In this document: piece by piece, positions 38,716 through 52,031 of the stretch
How positions within the stretch are numbered: the first letter of the stretch is position 1
Layout: every line of letters begins with the position of its first letter
Origin: Callorhinchus milii
Lineage: Eukaryota
Direction of reading: 5' to 3'
Assembly: GCF_018977255.1 (NCBI RefSeq)
Contig: NW_024704742.1
Location: 31,312,001-31,376,000 of the forward strand
Length of the DNA stretch: 64,000 nucleotides
The notes under the pieces: generated by a model
Database searches by the model: none
The model's input: the letters and a program-made list of their open reading frames with translations, nothing else
Told to the model about the DNA's origin: nothing
Position numbers and translations under genes: made by a program

Positions 38716-41639
38716 TTTCTTATCAGCCCGGCTGTTGCTGAGTGAATGGGTGTCTGGCTCATTGCATGTGGCAGGCTGTCTCTGCTGCACCATGAGAAAA
38801 ATATACAAACTCATATGCCTATGTTGCAAATCAATTCTGTGGTAAAGTGGAAATTACCCCTGTACCAATAAGGAGTGGAGCTATGAAAAAAAATCCCCTG
38901 AATTCAGCTCGCACAAAAAAGAGAGCCTATCAATCATGAGAGAGGGCTTATGGCCCCTGGCTGCCGCTCTGCAGAACAGCCAGATGAGATTGGACAGGAC
39001 TGGAAGATGTGAGGTTGCCTCCTTTCTAAATGCAAACACGTAACCTGGTTAAAGCATGTGGGCTTGTAAAGTTTACTGTCACGCCGGCTAATTCATCACT
39101 TCACAAACCGCTATTAATCATACATTAATGCGATGGGCCCTTCGCTTTGGCAAATACAGGCTCTTTGGAGCCTGCTCTCCCTGGAACCAAAAGAGAGGCG
39201 AGAGCAATGTGCCACTCAATTAATCTTGGATCATCGCGGGCTGTTTGAAATGTGTCCTGCACTGAAAGAAAAGGAGCAAATAGATGCCGCATTTCAAATG
39301 GACCAGTTGTGCAAATTCACGAGCACTTAATCACCCCTCCCTTCATCACTAGCTCAAAAAAACATCCCCTCCTCCCTTTTAATGCACTAGTCAGGTGGAG
39401 ACTTTGCCTGCATTGAAATGGAAGATCACCCTGTCTTCAGAACAATACGTGTACGAAAAAATTAATTCAGACTCGGGGAATATTCAAGATTACCGACTCG
39501 CAGCTGCTATCTGTGTTTTGTGACTTGTTTTCATTAACTCGGCCATTAACAGTGCAAACCCACAGTGTGATTGAAATGTCCTGTGAAATTGCAGTATATT
39601 ACCCAATTCTGAAACCCTCCGCGATTTGGAAGTGTTCTGAGATATTGTTTGTGATTGTGTGGAATAAAATATGGTCTCGATTTGACAAGGAGAGATTAAA
39701 CCATGACAATCCTTTGCCACCCCACCTGGGAGGATGCAAACAAACCAACGTTCAGACATGTAGAAGTTGTTATGGGAGAATGCATGAAAATGACCTTTTC
39801 TAACCTGTTGAATTATATCTCCTCCAACAGTGCCTTTGATTAGGAAACCTTCATCTCTTTCATGATGATTCTTGTATGAAACATTGAGATGAGTTCATCG
39901 GTCCACAGTAGAAATCAGCAGAAACACTCCACTCTGGTTGAGATATAGTGTATTTATCAAGATTCGTGGGTTTACATCTGTGCTCTGTGAGGCTCTACCA
40001 GCCATTTTGGGTAGGAGTGCAAGGAGTGGAGTGATTACAATGGTGTTAATATAATGGGATCAAAAATGTGGCACTCAACAACAACAATTTGCATTTATAT
40101 AGCACCCCTCACGCAGGGTAGGGTCCCAGAGGATTTGCAAATACCGAACCTTGCTGGGACCAGATGTGCATCAAGACAGGAGCTGCATTCCGATGTTCCC
40201 AGAAGGAGATAGAATCGGATGGAGTTCCCGCGGGCCAGAGTAATACACATCTGGTTAATGGCATGATTTGGTATTCCTAGACCCTCAGCCAATCCTGTGT
40301 TTTGTGACTGCTCGATGACATGTTGAGGCGCTATAGCAAATGCAAGGATTATTATTGTCGACCCTGATATTGGCCATTGCGGTGGTGCACTGAACATGAT
40401 GAGGAGCCAACACGAGTCTCAGAGTTGGAATGTGCCAACCGTAAACATTCTGCACTCTTCCACATCACAGCAAATGATCTCAGCACCCTATTTATGCACA
40501 AATGACATTCTGGAACATGAAAACAACGTTAATATTTCACCGGACGATCAATGGCAAACACTTAAAAAAAGCATTAAACTGTTAATGACACTCTTTTTGA
40601 ATGTAGGAGACTTTCAGCAAAATAGGACCCACTTTAACCAGAGTAAAGACCACAACGTTATCAACTGCACTATTTCAAAATAATCTAACAATTGCAATCA
40701 TGATTAACATTCACGTTCTTCTGTTCATTCTTGTCTGTTTCTGTTGATTATTTGCCTTTTTTTTGGATAGTGTTGTTTATCAGCAAGATTAATTTAATTC
40801 CTTTATTGTAAGTTAATACCCTCCCTTCACTCAGCAGGCTCCGATAGTGTAGTGATTGTGTATTTTGTAGATGAACATAATGTAATGCACACACAAATAA
40901 GACAGGTTCAGCAATGTAGGTTCAACCCAAAACCTGCTTCACTGCAATGCCACTTCCACGAATGAGCTGCAACCAGCATAACTGTATGTGCATTAATCAC
41001 ATTGCAAGCATATTTGCATTGCAGCAGGACCATTTTGGAGGATGTGCCTATTAATTGGATCCAAATTAGTGACTTGATTTTCACCCAATTTATCCTTTTG
41101 TGCATTAAAAGCACCCCCTTCCAATTCCGCCCCCCCCTCCCCCCCACCCCACCATCCCATTATTGATGGAAAAATCGATAAATAGAATGAACTTGAGTGG
41201 AATTTCTCTCCAAATATCTGTACCGGTACTAGTTCCTTCATTGTACACGCGCACTCTAATCCCATGCAATCTGTATGTTCAAGAAGCAAAATTGCTTCCC
41301 TTTAATGTATAACAGGATTATGAGAAAGAGTCTGTATCTGGATGAGAGGATACACGGCATCTGAGGGATCACAAGTGCAGAAAACGCTGAGTTGTTGAGA
41401 CACACAAACCACAGGAGAAAAATGAGACTCATGCTTATAGAAGTAGAGACGGGGAGCAGGCGGCTGACATGCCTGTATGTGGTGTCATGGAAGAGAACAG
41501 CTCATTGATTAAGAGGAACACTGGTAATGCACAAATAATGCACAAATAAAATGTCTGGTTTTGGCGTAAGCATCAGTGATTACTTCTGTGGTAATTACTA
41601 TTTACTTCTGTAATTTTCTCCAGCCTTAATCTCATATTC

Positions 41640-41942
41640 GCCTCCTCTATTCGGCAAATTCAGGCCTGCTTTATGTCCCTTGGCCCCTCTGTCATCCCCA
41701 TAATCAATGACCGAGCCTTCAGTCACTACGCATTCTCCCTCTGGAACTCCTGCCCTAAATCCCTCTGCCTTGTCCTCTCTCTATCTGTCTTTNAAAAAAA
41801 CTCTTGAAATCCTACCTCTTTGACTGTGCGGTGTCTGCAATCATCTCACCCTTCCTCCTCTCTCCCTCCTTGGTGTCTGGCAAATGCATCTGGAAAACCC
41901 TTTGAGACATTACACAATGAGCAAGAATGGAAGTTGTGATTG
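41640..41942 (+). mobile_element. Older L2 3' fragment; contains the single N at 41793
   Basis: gagccttcagtcactacgcattctccctctggaactcc (RAFS..LWNS). Confidence 0.7.
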
Positions 41943-43793
41943 TTAGAAAGCAGCCAAAATGGTCTCAGGAAAAAGTGGCCAGTCTTCACAAGATCATAAA
42001 ATTGTTTCACGGAGGAAGGCCCTTCAATCTATTTGATAATAATAATAATAATCCTTCCATTTGATATAGCACTTTCTCACATTGTTGGGATGTCTTGATC
42101 TCATCTTTCCAGAATATCCAGCCTATAGTGCTCCTATTACAGTCTCAAACTGTTTCTTAAACAAGTTCAGCATACTAGCTTGAAGTCGAGAAACCCCTGG
42201 ATTTGGAGGAAGTGTCATTGCCACAGTACCTCAGGCAATTCACTCCTTCTATGCAGTATGCCGTAAGTGTCGTATGTCTATTTGACTACGGAAACCATCA
42301 AAATGGAGAATGACATCGACACATACTTTCCAGCATGGGTTACTGAATAGCCCAGAACTGAGCTTGATAATTCTCCTTCCTAGCCCAGGGATACTGGGAC
42401 CAATTGTAGCACTCCCACATTTCTGATTCAGAAATATAGAATTTTTTCAGCACACAGTTTGTCCCATCGTGAAGCATTGTTGCGTGTATTATCACTTTGT
42501 TATTCATCCCGCTTTCCAGACCACTCCCCAAGCCCCTCAATAGTTTCACAGCTCAGGTGCTTCTCTAGTTACCTCTTTATTTGGGAGTAAATGTTTTGGA
42601 TTACTTGGAAATGATGCCTTCAGGAAAGTTTAAACAGGAGAGACAAGGTCAAGATTGTAATCTAAAAGTTGGAAGGTCTCAATGGTATATGAAGAGGATT
42701 CCCAAAATATAAATCCAGCTGTGGCCAGATGTTCATCAGCCCGACCTAAGGGAACTCCTGGAAAGAGATTGCGTCAGAGTGGAGTTTGGGACGACAAACC
42801 ACTGTTCAGCCGCAGGAATCTTTTTGATTCCTGCTTGCCATTTTAGGACCCCAGTGAATCATTCAATAAAGTAAGAAATACCAGGTTTGGATTTTTGCGG
42901 GAGCACAAAACTATGTTTGTTCCACACAATGACAGGACAATTTTACATTGCTTTTACAACCAGACCTAGAAAATTACAGTGCAGTGCTTTAGCCACAGCA
43001 GCGTAATTATATTTTGGGGGCACTTTAATGCTACTAGACTAGCTCTCTGAGGCTTTTGTGCTGGTCTCAATGGGATCATGGTTTGGTGACACAGAGCACA
43101 GCAGAATCAATGTTTATTTTAGTACTGTGAACAACAACAAGATTGCATTTATAGAGCGCCTTTCGCGTCGGGAAGACGCCCCAAGTGAAGTATAGTAATT
43201 CTTTTTTTGGATTCTATATTTTTCCTACTTTAAATGGGGAATAAGAGAAAGAAACGTGAATCAAGGGAGAGAAAGGTTCCCAGCCTTCCTGGCACTGCAC
43301 AGCTAGTACTGTCTACTCAGTGCTAATGCAATGAATGGTTGCTGTGGTTTGAGCATTGCCTTGGGACCTACACTGCATAAGGACACGATGTATGAGCAAG
43401 TTGCTGTTGTTTTATTGTTCCTTCATTTCAAAAGATATCAAACATGTCACTTTGTGCTTTAGTACACTGAGAGAATTCCTAGTTATATTCATTATAAAGT
43501 ACTACAACAAATCAGGTTCTGTCTCAGTACGTACTTGTGTCCTACTCTCAAGCCAACACCAGGATGGCTGTGGAGTCCGTTAGATCAGCAGTTTGAAGTG
43601 GGGGGGGGAAAGTCTCACCAATTGTCTCTTCCTTTCCATGTGTGATCACTGTGTGATCTGTCTACTGGCACAGACTAGTTGGGCTAAACGCCCTATTTCC
43701 TTGCCGGATCACTATATGCCATATTAGTCTGTGTTTAAAATCTAGACCTGCCTAAATTTGCTTCCAATTAAATCCCATTACAGTATAATATGT

Positions 43794-44062
43794 ATCAGCC
43801 TGGATCAGTTTGCAACGCTCTCGACTCTGAGTCAGCAAGTTATGGGTTCAAGTGCCATGTCAGGTCCTTGAGCTAGTATAGTCCAGGTTAACATTCCAAA
43901 GCAGTACTGTTTTTATTTGCATTGTCGGAGATGCCGTCCTTTGGTTGAGATGTTAAACCAAAGTTCTGTCTGCCTGTTCAATTGGATGTTAAAGATCCCA
44001 TGGAAAAGAGAAGGGAGTTTCTCTTAGTATCCTGGCCAACAATCCTGCAAATAATATTGGTT
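43794..44062 (+). mobile_element. SacSINE1-like SINE, 5' two-thirds
   Basis: tcagcctggatcagtt...ctctgagtcagcaagttatgggttcaagt...gatcccatgg. Confidence 0.85.
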
Positions 44063-44288
44063 ATCCGCTCGGCCAATTCAAAACCCATTCTCACTTTCGT
44101 ACGTTCATCCACATTTGTCCCTGGATGAAAACTATTAAACAATCCCCCTTAGATGTGTGCAAGAGAAAAAAACAAGCCATTTCATCTGATTGTTTCCATT
44201 TAATAAATTATAACTTTAGTCACAAAAGATAACTGAACATATTTGACCTGCAATGGACCTTGAATTCATTCTCTCAGTGCAAATTTAT

Positions 44289-44465
44289 GGGTGGAAATTC
44301 CACCTGGGTCCATGTTTACTCTCATTACGTAGCATTTTAGAATGTCTCAATTGCTGTGGAATTTGCAAAGTGCTAAATTGAAGAAAAACAGCTTCAAAAC
44401 AGGCTGTTTTTAAGAATTTGCCTGCTTCTGAATTGCTACATAAATAGAGTAAATCTAGACCAGGG
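44289..44465. mobile_element. Palindromic MITE-like element
   Basis: ctgggtccatgtttactctcattacgtagcattttagaa pairs with ttctgaattgctacataaatagagtaaatctagaccag; centre aaaaacagc...gctgttttt. Confidence 0.6.
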
Positions 44466-45189
44466 CAATACTATTTTGAACATGTTCATTACCAGCTTTG
44501 GCTTCTCTGCAGCAATATATGCACAACATGCTCATGTGGAATTAGAGCAGACACACCAAAGGGTTAGTCCTGCTATAACATCACCAAATTATCAAGCTAA
44601 ATTTACTGTTGGCGAAAGCTTTTCAATTATTCAGATACTATGTAATTCAATTTTACTCTGTTTTAATAATGTATTTCCCCCCAAATCTATAACTGTCATA
44701 CCGCAGTTCTCACAAGATGTGTGACAGGGCTGTTGAGAAATATGAGTCCTTTTTAACACTTTCATTGAGAAGAATGATTAACTAATGATTAAAGGCACAA
44801 GGTCGCTCTTTGTTGCTCCTTCCAGCCTATAATTCAGGGCAGCCTATAACTCAAAAGGGAAATTTACTTGATAACCTTTCAAAGTCTTTGAGCCTTTGTA
44901 AAATGTTGTCTCTTCATCAATTAAGTTGGAGCTATAATTATAATTAATATCATGCCACCTTTCAATTGATTTTAGAGCATATTTACAATTTCATGTTGAG
45001 GTCAAAATGAGTAAAACGAGTGTGTTTTTAAAAGAAGAGGAGATTCATTATTTTAGGATTGTATCTATTTGTTTGACCTCCATTGTCAGCAAAATGTGTG
45101 CCGTCTATTTAATACTTCTGGAAAGAATCAGATCAAACAGGCCAAAAACCTCTTCATCCAACCCTCTCTTGCAATGATTAAAAAAAATG

Positions 45190-45320
45190 CCTTGCATTTG
45201 GTGTAGCATATTTCACATCGGGAGGATGTCTCAAAGGGTCACAGGATATACAGTACTGTAGAGTGACTGTGTATGATAGACAAATGCAGCAGCCAATTTA
45301 CACACAGAAAGTTGTGAAAA
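45190..45320 (-). mobile_element. Deu SINE 3' fragment (a similar one lies at 45985-46150)
   Basis: Antisense tail and body. Confidence 0.7.
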
Positions 45321-45589
45321 CACACATGAAGCTATATTGCGAAGCTTGGTTCAGCTCAGGACATGTCCAATAGCAACGCATTGCACCATTGCGATGCAGT
45401 GAACAACGCCACGAGAACAGTTACGCATGATCATTATACTGGCTTTGCTGCTCATGATGCTCAGTGATACCGTCGCATTAGAGATGGTAATGTCTCTAAT
45501 GCTGTTTATTTTCTTGCTGGGAAGTCATTCAACAGCATAGAGGGGTTTGCAATGTAATATCCAGCAGGTTATCAGTAAGTCTGCGAGCC

Positions 45590-45728
45590 ATAAAGCAATC
45601 TTATATTGAGGGATGTGTTATAGAGAAAGTGTCTCATATAGTTTCTTTGATAATAAGAGTTCTATAAACAATGCTTATCAGAGGTCATATTATATCAGGG
45701 AATGTTACATTGAGGGGTTAGTGTACTG
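45590..45728. mobile_element. Tigger/pogo-like terminal fragment
   Basis: Repeated ttata(t/c)(c/t)gagg-like subterminal motifs ending ...gaggggttagtgtactg. Confidence 0.4.
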
Positions 45729-46429
45729 ACGTGATGAAATGCCCTACTGTGGTAATATTTAATCAATCAATGCAGGATGGGAGATTTTGAGTGTGCCTAC
45801 AAACAAGAAAAGAGACTTGTTTTGAGTTTAAAACTGTTGATGTCTCTGCAGGAAAGGCAAGCTGATGTTAACGATAACAATTTAGAACATTCTCAATTGC
45901 CAACACATCAATGCCATTGACTCAATAAAATTAGAGGACATAAGATTTCAACATCTTTGAAACGGAAATATCTGGGATAAATAACAATAATAATATTTGA
46001 TATGCCGTCTTGCATGCCAGGAAGACGGACATCTCAAAGCACTTCACGGGATATATTGTATATTGTCGTGACTGTGTATTTTGTAGATGAACACAACAGT
46101 TAATTTGAGCACAGTTATAACGCATAATTTTCATGAAGTAAATGGCCAATTTTAGTTTTTAAAGAGTATCAGGAAACTTTTTTTATATGTCCAAAATGCT
46201 CTAAATGTTCCAAGGAAAACAACAGCAACTTTGAATATTCTGTGCACGGAAGAACATGGGTTAAAGTTGAATAGCCATGCTTACATTGAGACAAAGCATT
46301 GGGTGTGAAGATTTACTCTGAACAGCAGAGAGGCAATACTGCTCTTCTCTTGTCAATATATTGTCCCTTTGCTACTGTTGTGTTAATCCAGTCAGAAAGA
46401 TCTTTTCTGACTGGATTAATCTCTTACAG

Positions 46430-46900
46430 ATCACAAGAGACATTTGGATAAAGAAAGCCCTTCGACCCATTTGATCTCTTCCTTCCAAATACCCATTCCA
46501 CCGTCTTCCCATTACAGCATCAAACTGCTTCTTGAATGAGTCTTTTGTCCAGGCCTTGGCTCCTCTTCCTGGTAACCTGGTCCGGCTGTTGATTGCCATC
46601 TATGTGTAGAAATATTTCTTGAAACAATTAACCCGAAATAGCACTTCACAACCCTAAACCCGTGCCCTCTAGCCCTGCTGACTTGACATCTGAAAGTATT
46701 GTTATGGGTTCACTTTTTTAATTTGATATCTAATATCTCTCTTTTGGTAGTCTCATTTTGAGGCTAAAGAGCTCTAAGAATATCTAGTCATTCTTTACAG
46801 CTCATTCTTCTAACAATGGGGATCAGTCTCAATGCTCACCTTGGGCAGACCCTTTATGTTGTGTGACCAAACCTACATGCAGGACTCCAGGTGAGACTTA
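46430..46900 (-). mobile_element. Old CR1 3' fragment
   Basis: Antisense CR1 tail and C-terminal remnants. Confidence 0.7.
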
Positions 46901-47852
46901 ATAATTTTATCTGTTTACTCCACAGACTCTTCAGTTTAGCAGATACAGAATTTTAAAAAAAAGTCATTACACTTCACGTGTATTCCGTAAAGCGCTTTGA
47001 GACATCCTCCTGATGTGAGAAGCGTTATATCAAATCTAAGCATTATTATTATAATCAAGTAGTCTTTCTGCTATATTATCTGCCCTTCACGCACTCTGTC
47101 AGTGTTCTAGTCCTTCTTGGCTTCCTCAACTGATGAACGCCAAGGTTTCTTCACATGGCCAAATGTTTTTCTAATTTGCATACCCTTTACAGGCCTGTTG
47201 TAGGTTTGCACCAATAAGTACAAGTTTCAGCCTGTGCTGAAATTTGAATTGGTAATGTCAGTCAACTACCATCCAGGATTGCAAAGGAAGCTGATTTGCA
47301 GCAATCACTGGAGAGCTGCTCACTGAAGGGTACCAGCTGAGCAGCACTTTTCTATCTTTAAGTGCCAAAATGGCAAGTCTCCAGGAGACTGTCAGTGGGG
47401 GGATTAAAAGTGATGGTTTCTTCTAACAGGTAGCAGCAAGCCCTCATGAATTCATTATGGATGATAATCATCTGTTATGAAACAAGGCATTTTTCACCCC
47501 GATGTTCCCTATAAAAATTAAGGATTGTCAATTGCGATTTGTGATGTTTTATTTTTCACGGTGATAATTATCACATTTCAGAAGATCTTTGTCAACATCT
47601 GGTCTGAATCAGTTGCCCCCCACCACAAACTTGTTCACATCGAATAGGTCCAAAGTACTTGTGGTCTCCAATTGGACTTGCTGGCTAAGTGGCAAGACAT
47701 TTGAGTATTGGCTCTGAGGATACCAACTTAACTCAACAACAGAGAACACAGTTAAGATTGTTTCCTTGGATCTTCACTCAAATGCTGTTCTCTGCAGCTG
47801 TCAAGTGTAATATGAGGCTTCGGGCTCCATCATTGTGACATGTCAGAGTATT

Positions 47853-48037
47853 CGATTGGCGATCCACTTTCCAGGGATAATATTCCCATCAAAAAAAATT
47901 TGGTCACTCAATCAATGACTGGTAATGGTACATTGCTGTGCACAATTGGCTCCTGCTTTTTGCCCACCTAATGTACAGTCAATTCACTTTTCATGATAAG
48001 GCGCTATATCAAATGCAAGGATTATTATTATTGTTAT
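47853..48037 (+). mobile_element. tRNA-Ala/Deu SINE, long form, 3' part
   Basis: cgattggcgatccactttccagggataat...gataaggcgctatatcaaatgcaagg. Confidence 0.85.
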
Positions 48038-50599
48038 TTCACCCAATGAGTTACTTTGAATGGTTCAGACTCCAGTTATGTAGGCAACAATGATGGCTAA
48101 TATATGCACTAAAGCCTCACTCACAGCAATAAAATAAATGAGAATGAGTAATCGGTGGTTTGGTTCAGCCTTGGATGAGAGCAATATAGGGCCATTTCAG
48201 GTTCTTATAAGGTTCTGACTAAAACACTATTGATTACAATGAGTGACCTTTAACTGTAATGAACAACTGAATGATCAGCTGCTATCAGCCCTAACTGATC
48301 AAATCCAATGATACAGATTCCCTCAGAAAAGGTGCAGCACATTTGAACAGTCAGAATGAAGAACAAATAACGCTGGGCTGGGCTACTCACGGTCCTCCAG
48401 GTGGGAGATATGAGGGAGGCAGTAAAGGAATACAAGGAATCTTGTGTGAAGGGTCTTGTGTGAAGGGCTGTTGGATATGGATGAGTGCATCTGAGATATT
48501 CTGAGCCTCCATTCCTGAATTCCACTGTGTGTTACCTCAGTTACCCAGACCCTGCCGCATTATCAGCCTATTCCTTTAGCAGCTGAACTAGGAGTAAGAC
48601 TGCTTGTATTTTTGCAATCCACAGATATACAATCAACACAGTAAAACTAGTGATATTGTTGTTGTCGTTTGCTATCCCCAAAGTGAAGAGGTTGTTCAGA
48701 GAGACAGCTAAGTACATGTGAATCTAAATGAGTGCCTCATTTCAACCCATCTGCCTGTTCAAGTAGACTTTAAAGATCCTATGACACTACTCGAAAAAAG
48801 AAGGGAATTTCTCCCAGTGTCCTGACCAACAATCCCACAGATAAAAGCAAGACCTAATTAAAGTCTACTTAAAGGTGTGAACCGCATCCCTGACCTAATC
48901 ACAATGCTCTGTACCATTTATGTAGCTATTGAATGGTTGTAGCTCATGGAGCTATTGCACTTGTGGTTTGTGGTGCATGGCAACTGGAGTGATATTTCCC
49001 TGGATACAGTGTGATAAGATACACTTTTTTGTTGTTAAGACGCCATCCTATTTTCCATTGCCTAGGACTCAAATGCAGTGACTCATAAGCGCCGAAACAT
49101 TGATATGTAGCACATGTGTGCGTCTGTGTGTGTTGGGGGAAGTAGAAAAAATTATTATTAATAATTATTATAACAATAATACATACATTATTGGTTGTCT
49201 CAGCTGCCTTTTGTCAATGATGTGGTAATTATCAGTGGCAATAATCACACATCACAATCTGCATCCCATATTATTTCTGGTATTCATTCCAGTTGGAGGG
49301 GATGTGCTTGTCATCTGAGCTGGTCTGGGCTGGTGAAAGGGTGGTGATTTGATAGGTAGGTAGGTAACTAGGAACTCAGGGAATTGATGGGACAGCTTGT
49401 ATTTTTGGATTGTGGGGCTTCGGCTCTGTACCATTTATGTAGCTATTGAATCTCAATGGTCACCCTTAATCCCCACTCACCATAATGCTATACCTGGACT
49501 CAAGCCGATATCATTGAGTAGCCAACTTGAGTTGCTCTGTAGAGTGTATTTTCAGCTTGAAGTAAGTAAGGGTTACATTCATTCCAATCCCTTCCAAATG
49601 ATTATTTTGTCACGAGGTTGTGCTCGTTTAACTAGAAGTAAGAATTATAAAAATTTGCTTGAAACAGACTGAAACGGGGGCTTTGATGTCTTTAAAATGT
49701 TGCCGGCCCATTGTAAGTGGTGTAAATGCAAGGCCTTTAAATCTATCAACCCGCTGTCAGTCCTTCTTCCTGATTAAACTTGCAGATAAATCTGAACAGT
49801 GTTGGCCAGCCCTTCGCATTTAATGATTTTATGCATCGCTTACTGGTGGCTTTGTTCGTGTCCCCTACATCTCTTCTATTCTGTTATCCCATTCTCTCAT
49901 TGGTTTTTTTCATTAATACCAGTACTCCTTACTCGGATCCCTGTCAGTTAGTCCCACATTCACATGTAGATCTGTTTGAAATGTCTCCCTTGTCTAACTC
50001 CGCCACAACATGGGAGCCCATTTGCAAGAACTTGGCATTGAGTTAGGGTCCTCCCCTCCCCCCCCCCTTGTAAAATGCTATCAATTTCTCACAGATACAC
50101 TCCACTGTCACACAGTTAAAGCTATTTGATCAACTTTGGAAACATTTTTAAGTTGTATGTTTAGTCAAAAAAGAACGTTTCGTGGTCACTTTGCCTTTTA
50201 AAAGGGAAACGATTACCGAAAAAATAACATTTTCACTGACAGTTCGGAGTAATTAGTTTCCCAGGGACTAGGTGCTGGTAGTGAGGACTTCACACAGGGA
50301 GCCATTGTGGTTTTATGGATGCTCATCTGTCAACTGTCAGTGCCTTTCAAAGAGGCTCCAGCTACAATGTTTTTCCTCTGCTTCTTTCCCATCGCAGAGC
50401 CTAAATTTGCCTGAATAGTCATTAGTCTTTCTATTTGCCTAGGCTAAGCAGCTCGACTGGCTTTGTACCCTGTGCCACCACTGCAGCTGCAACCAGAAAA
50501 GCAACATGTCATCCACAATGATGCTCTCTCGCATAAAGGTACAGCCATATTTTAGTGCTGCTTTGCTGATAGGCTGAAGATACATTGATACTTTTTGTC

Positions 50600-50716
50600 T
50601 GCGTGTGTGGGCATGTGTGTATGTGTTGTCTGTATCTGTCTGACTATGTATGCATGTGTTTGTGTCTCTGTGTGTGTATCTGTGATTATGTGTGTGTGTG
50701 TGTGTGGGTGGGTGGG
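50600..50716. repeat. Degenerate (TG)n microsatellite
   Basis: Direct reading. Confidence 0.9.
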
Positions 50717-51379
50717 TATCTCTCTCTGATAAAACATTGTTATGGATGTGAATATTGTGGCAAACGATCCAAAGCATTCTTTACCCATAAGAGCATAAAG
50801 GTCAGTTTGACCTCTTGTCTCCTCAATTGGGGGAAGTTGGGCATCATTTGAGAAATTCTGGAATCAACCCACCCCTTCCTCCCCCACCTCCCTCCAACAC
50901 CGGTTGTCACTTGTTCCATCAATCACTAGTTCTGACGCCCTTGTGAATGTGGTCCGTCAGTTGTAAAGAAATCAAATTGCAATGTTGTTAGAACAGTTTG
51001 ATTTCTTTACATACAATAGACTGTTCTCATGTTAGTGTCAGCAAGAATAGCTTATGAAACAAGGGCGGGAGAGCAGTGCAACAAGTAAGGCAGCCTATCA
51101 GCCAAGCAGCCTCAGTAACGGTTCAGACCAGCACAATGTGTGTCGGATATCCGTTGAATAGTCACAGTATGCATTATTTACGACTTAGCACTGTTGCGTG
51201 GCATAAAGATTATTTGAGATCATCCTTGCATTTGATGTACCTATTGTGACAATTGGAAATGCTGAGCAATGGAGACTTGGAATACTCAAATTAATCTAAA
51301 GCTATACTCATCTAGAGGGGATATTACACCTACTTAAATAAAGATTATCTGTATTTAAGCAGCATTGAAGAGGGACCAC

Positions 51380-51497
51380 AATTTGGCAAATTGTTAAATT
51401 CAGTCTTCACTTTGAAACCATTTTCCTGTCATTCTTAAAAGAACTTAAGAGAAAAATGGATTCAAAATTAAAGCTGCATTTCAGAAGTAGCCAAATT
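51380..51497. mobile_element. Imperfect palindrome, MITE-like; may extend to about 51626
   Basis: aatttggcaaattgttaaattcagtcttcactttgaaaccattttcct pairs with agaaaaatggattcaaaattaaagctgcatttcagaagtagccaaatt. Confidence 0.55.
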
Positions 51498-51673
51498 CCG
51501 AATACTGTGAAATGCTGCACAAATAGAATAAATCCAGACTTGGATGAAATTTGTACCCATATATTTCTATTAATCTAGATGGACAATTGTTAATTTGCCA
51601 AAGGCATTACCAAACTTTTGGGGCCTAATGATCTGCTTCATTATTATTATTACTCCACACCAATACACTACAG

Positions 51674-52031
51674 GTGGATTCTTGTAGCATATTAGTTAGA
51701 GCACTTGCCTCCCAAGCGAGGACTTGGGGGAAACGTTAGGTAAGTTTCCTTACTCCACACACCTCTGTTTACCTAACATTAAGTAGGAACCCTGTTGTTA
51801 GTCGATTGGTGGATTGTTTCTCTGGGGGTAATAATCCTTCCCCTGAAAAGTAATAATAATAATTTGGTCACTCAATCCACAACTGTTTGTGGGACGCTGC
51901 TGTGCGCAATTGGTGCTGTGTTTCGCCCACAAAATATACAGTCAATTCACTTTACAGTATATTCTGTGAAGTGCTTTGAGACGTCTCGAAGACATGATAA
52001 GGTGCTATATCAAACGCAAGGTTTATTATTA
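51674..52031 (+). mobile_element. tRNA-Ala/Deu SINE, long form
   Basis: Head (B box deleted), long-form insert, body, tail. Confidence 0.9.

Noticed and set aside
41525..41549. Small 11-15 bp tandem duplications (also 48440, 57572, 60613)
   Set aside because: Ordinary slippage events
47129..47150. Other CTGATGA occurrences (8301, 14055, 14943, 18326, 25775, 47130, 63493)
   Set aside because: No stem II followed by GAAA; not hammerheads
50439..50851. His/Thr and Val/Cys-rich ORFs
   Set aside because: (TG)n microsatellite translations
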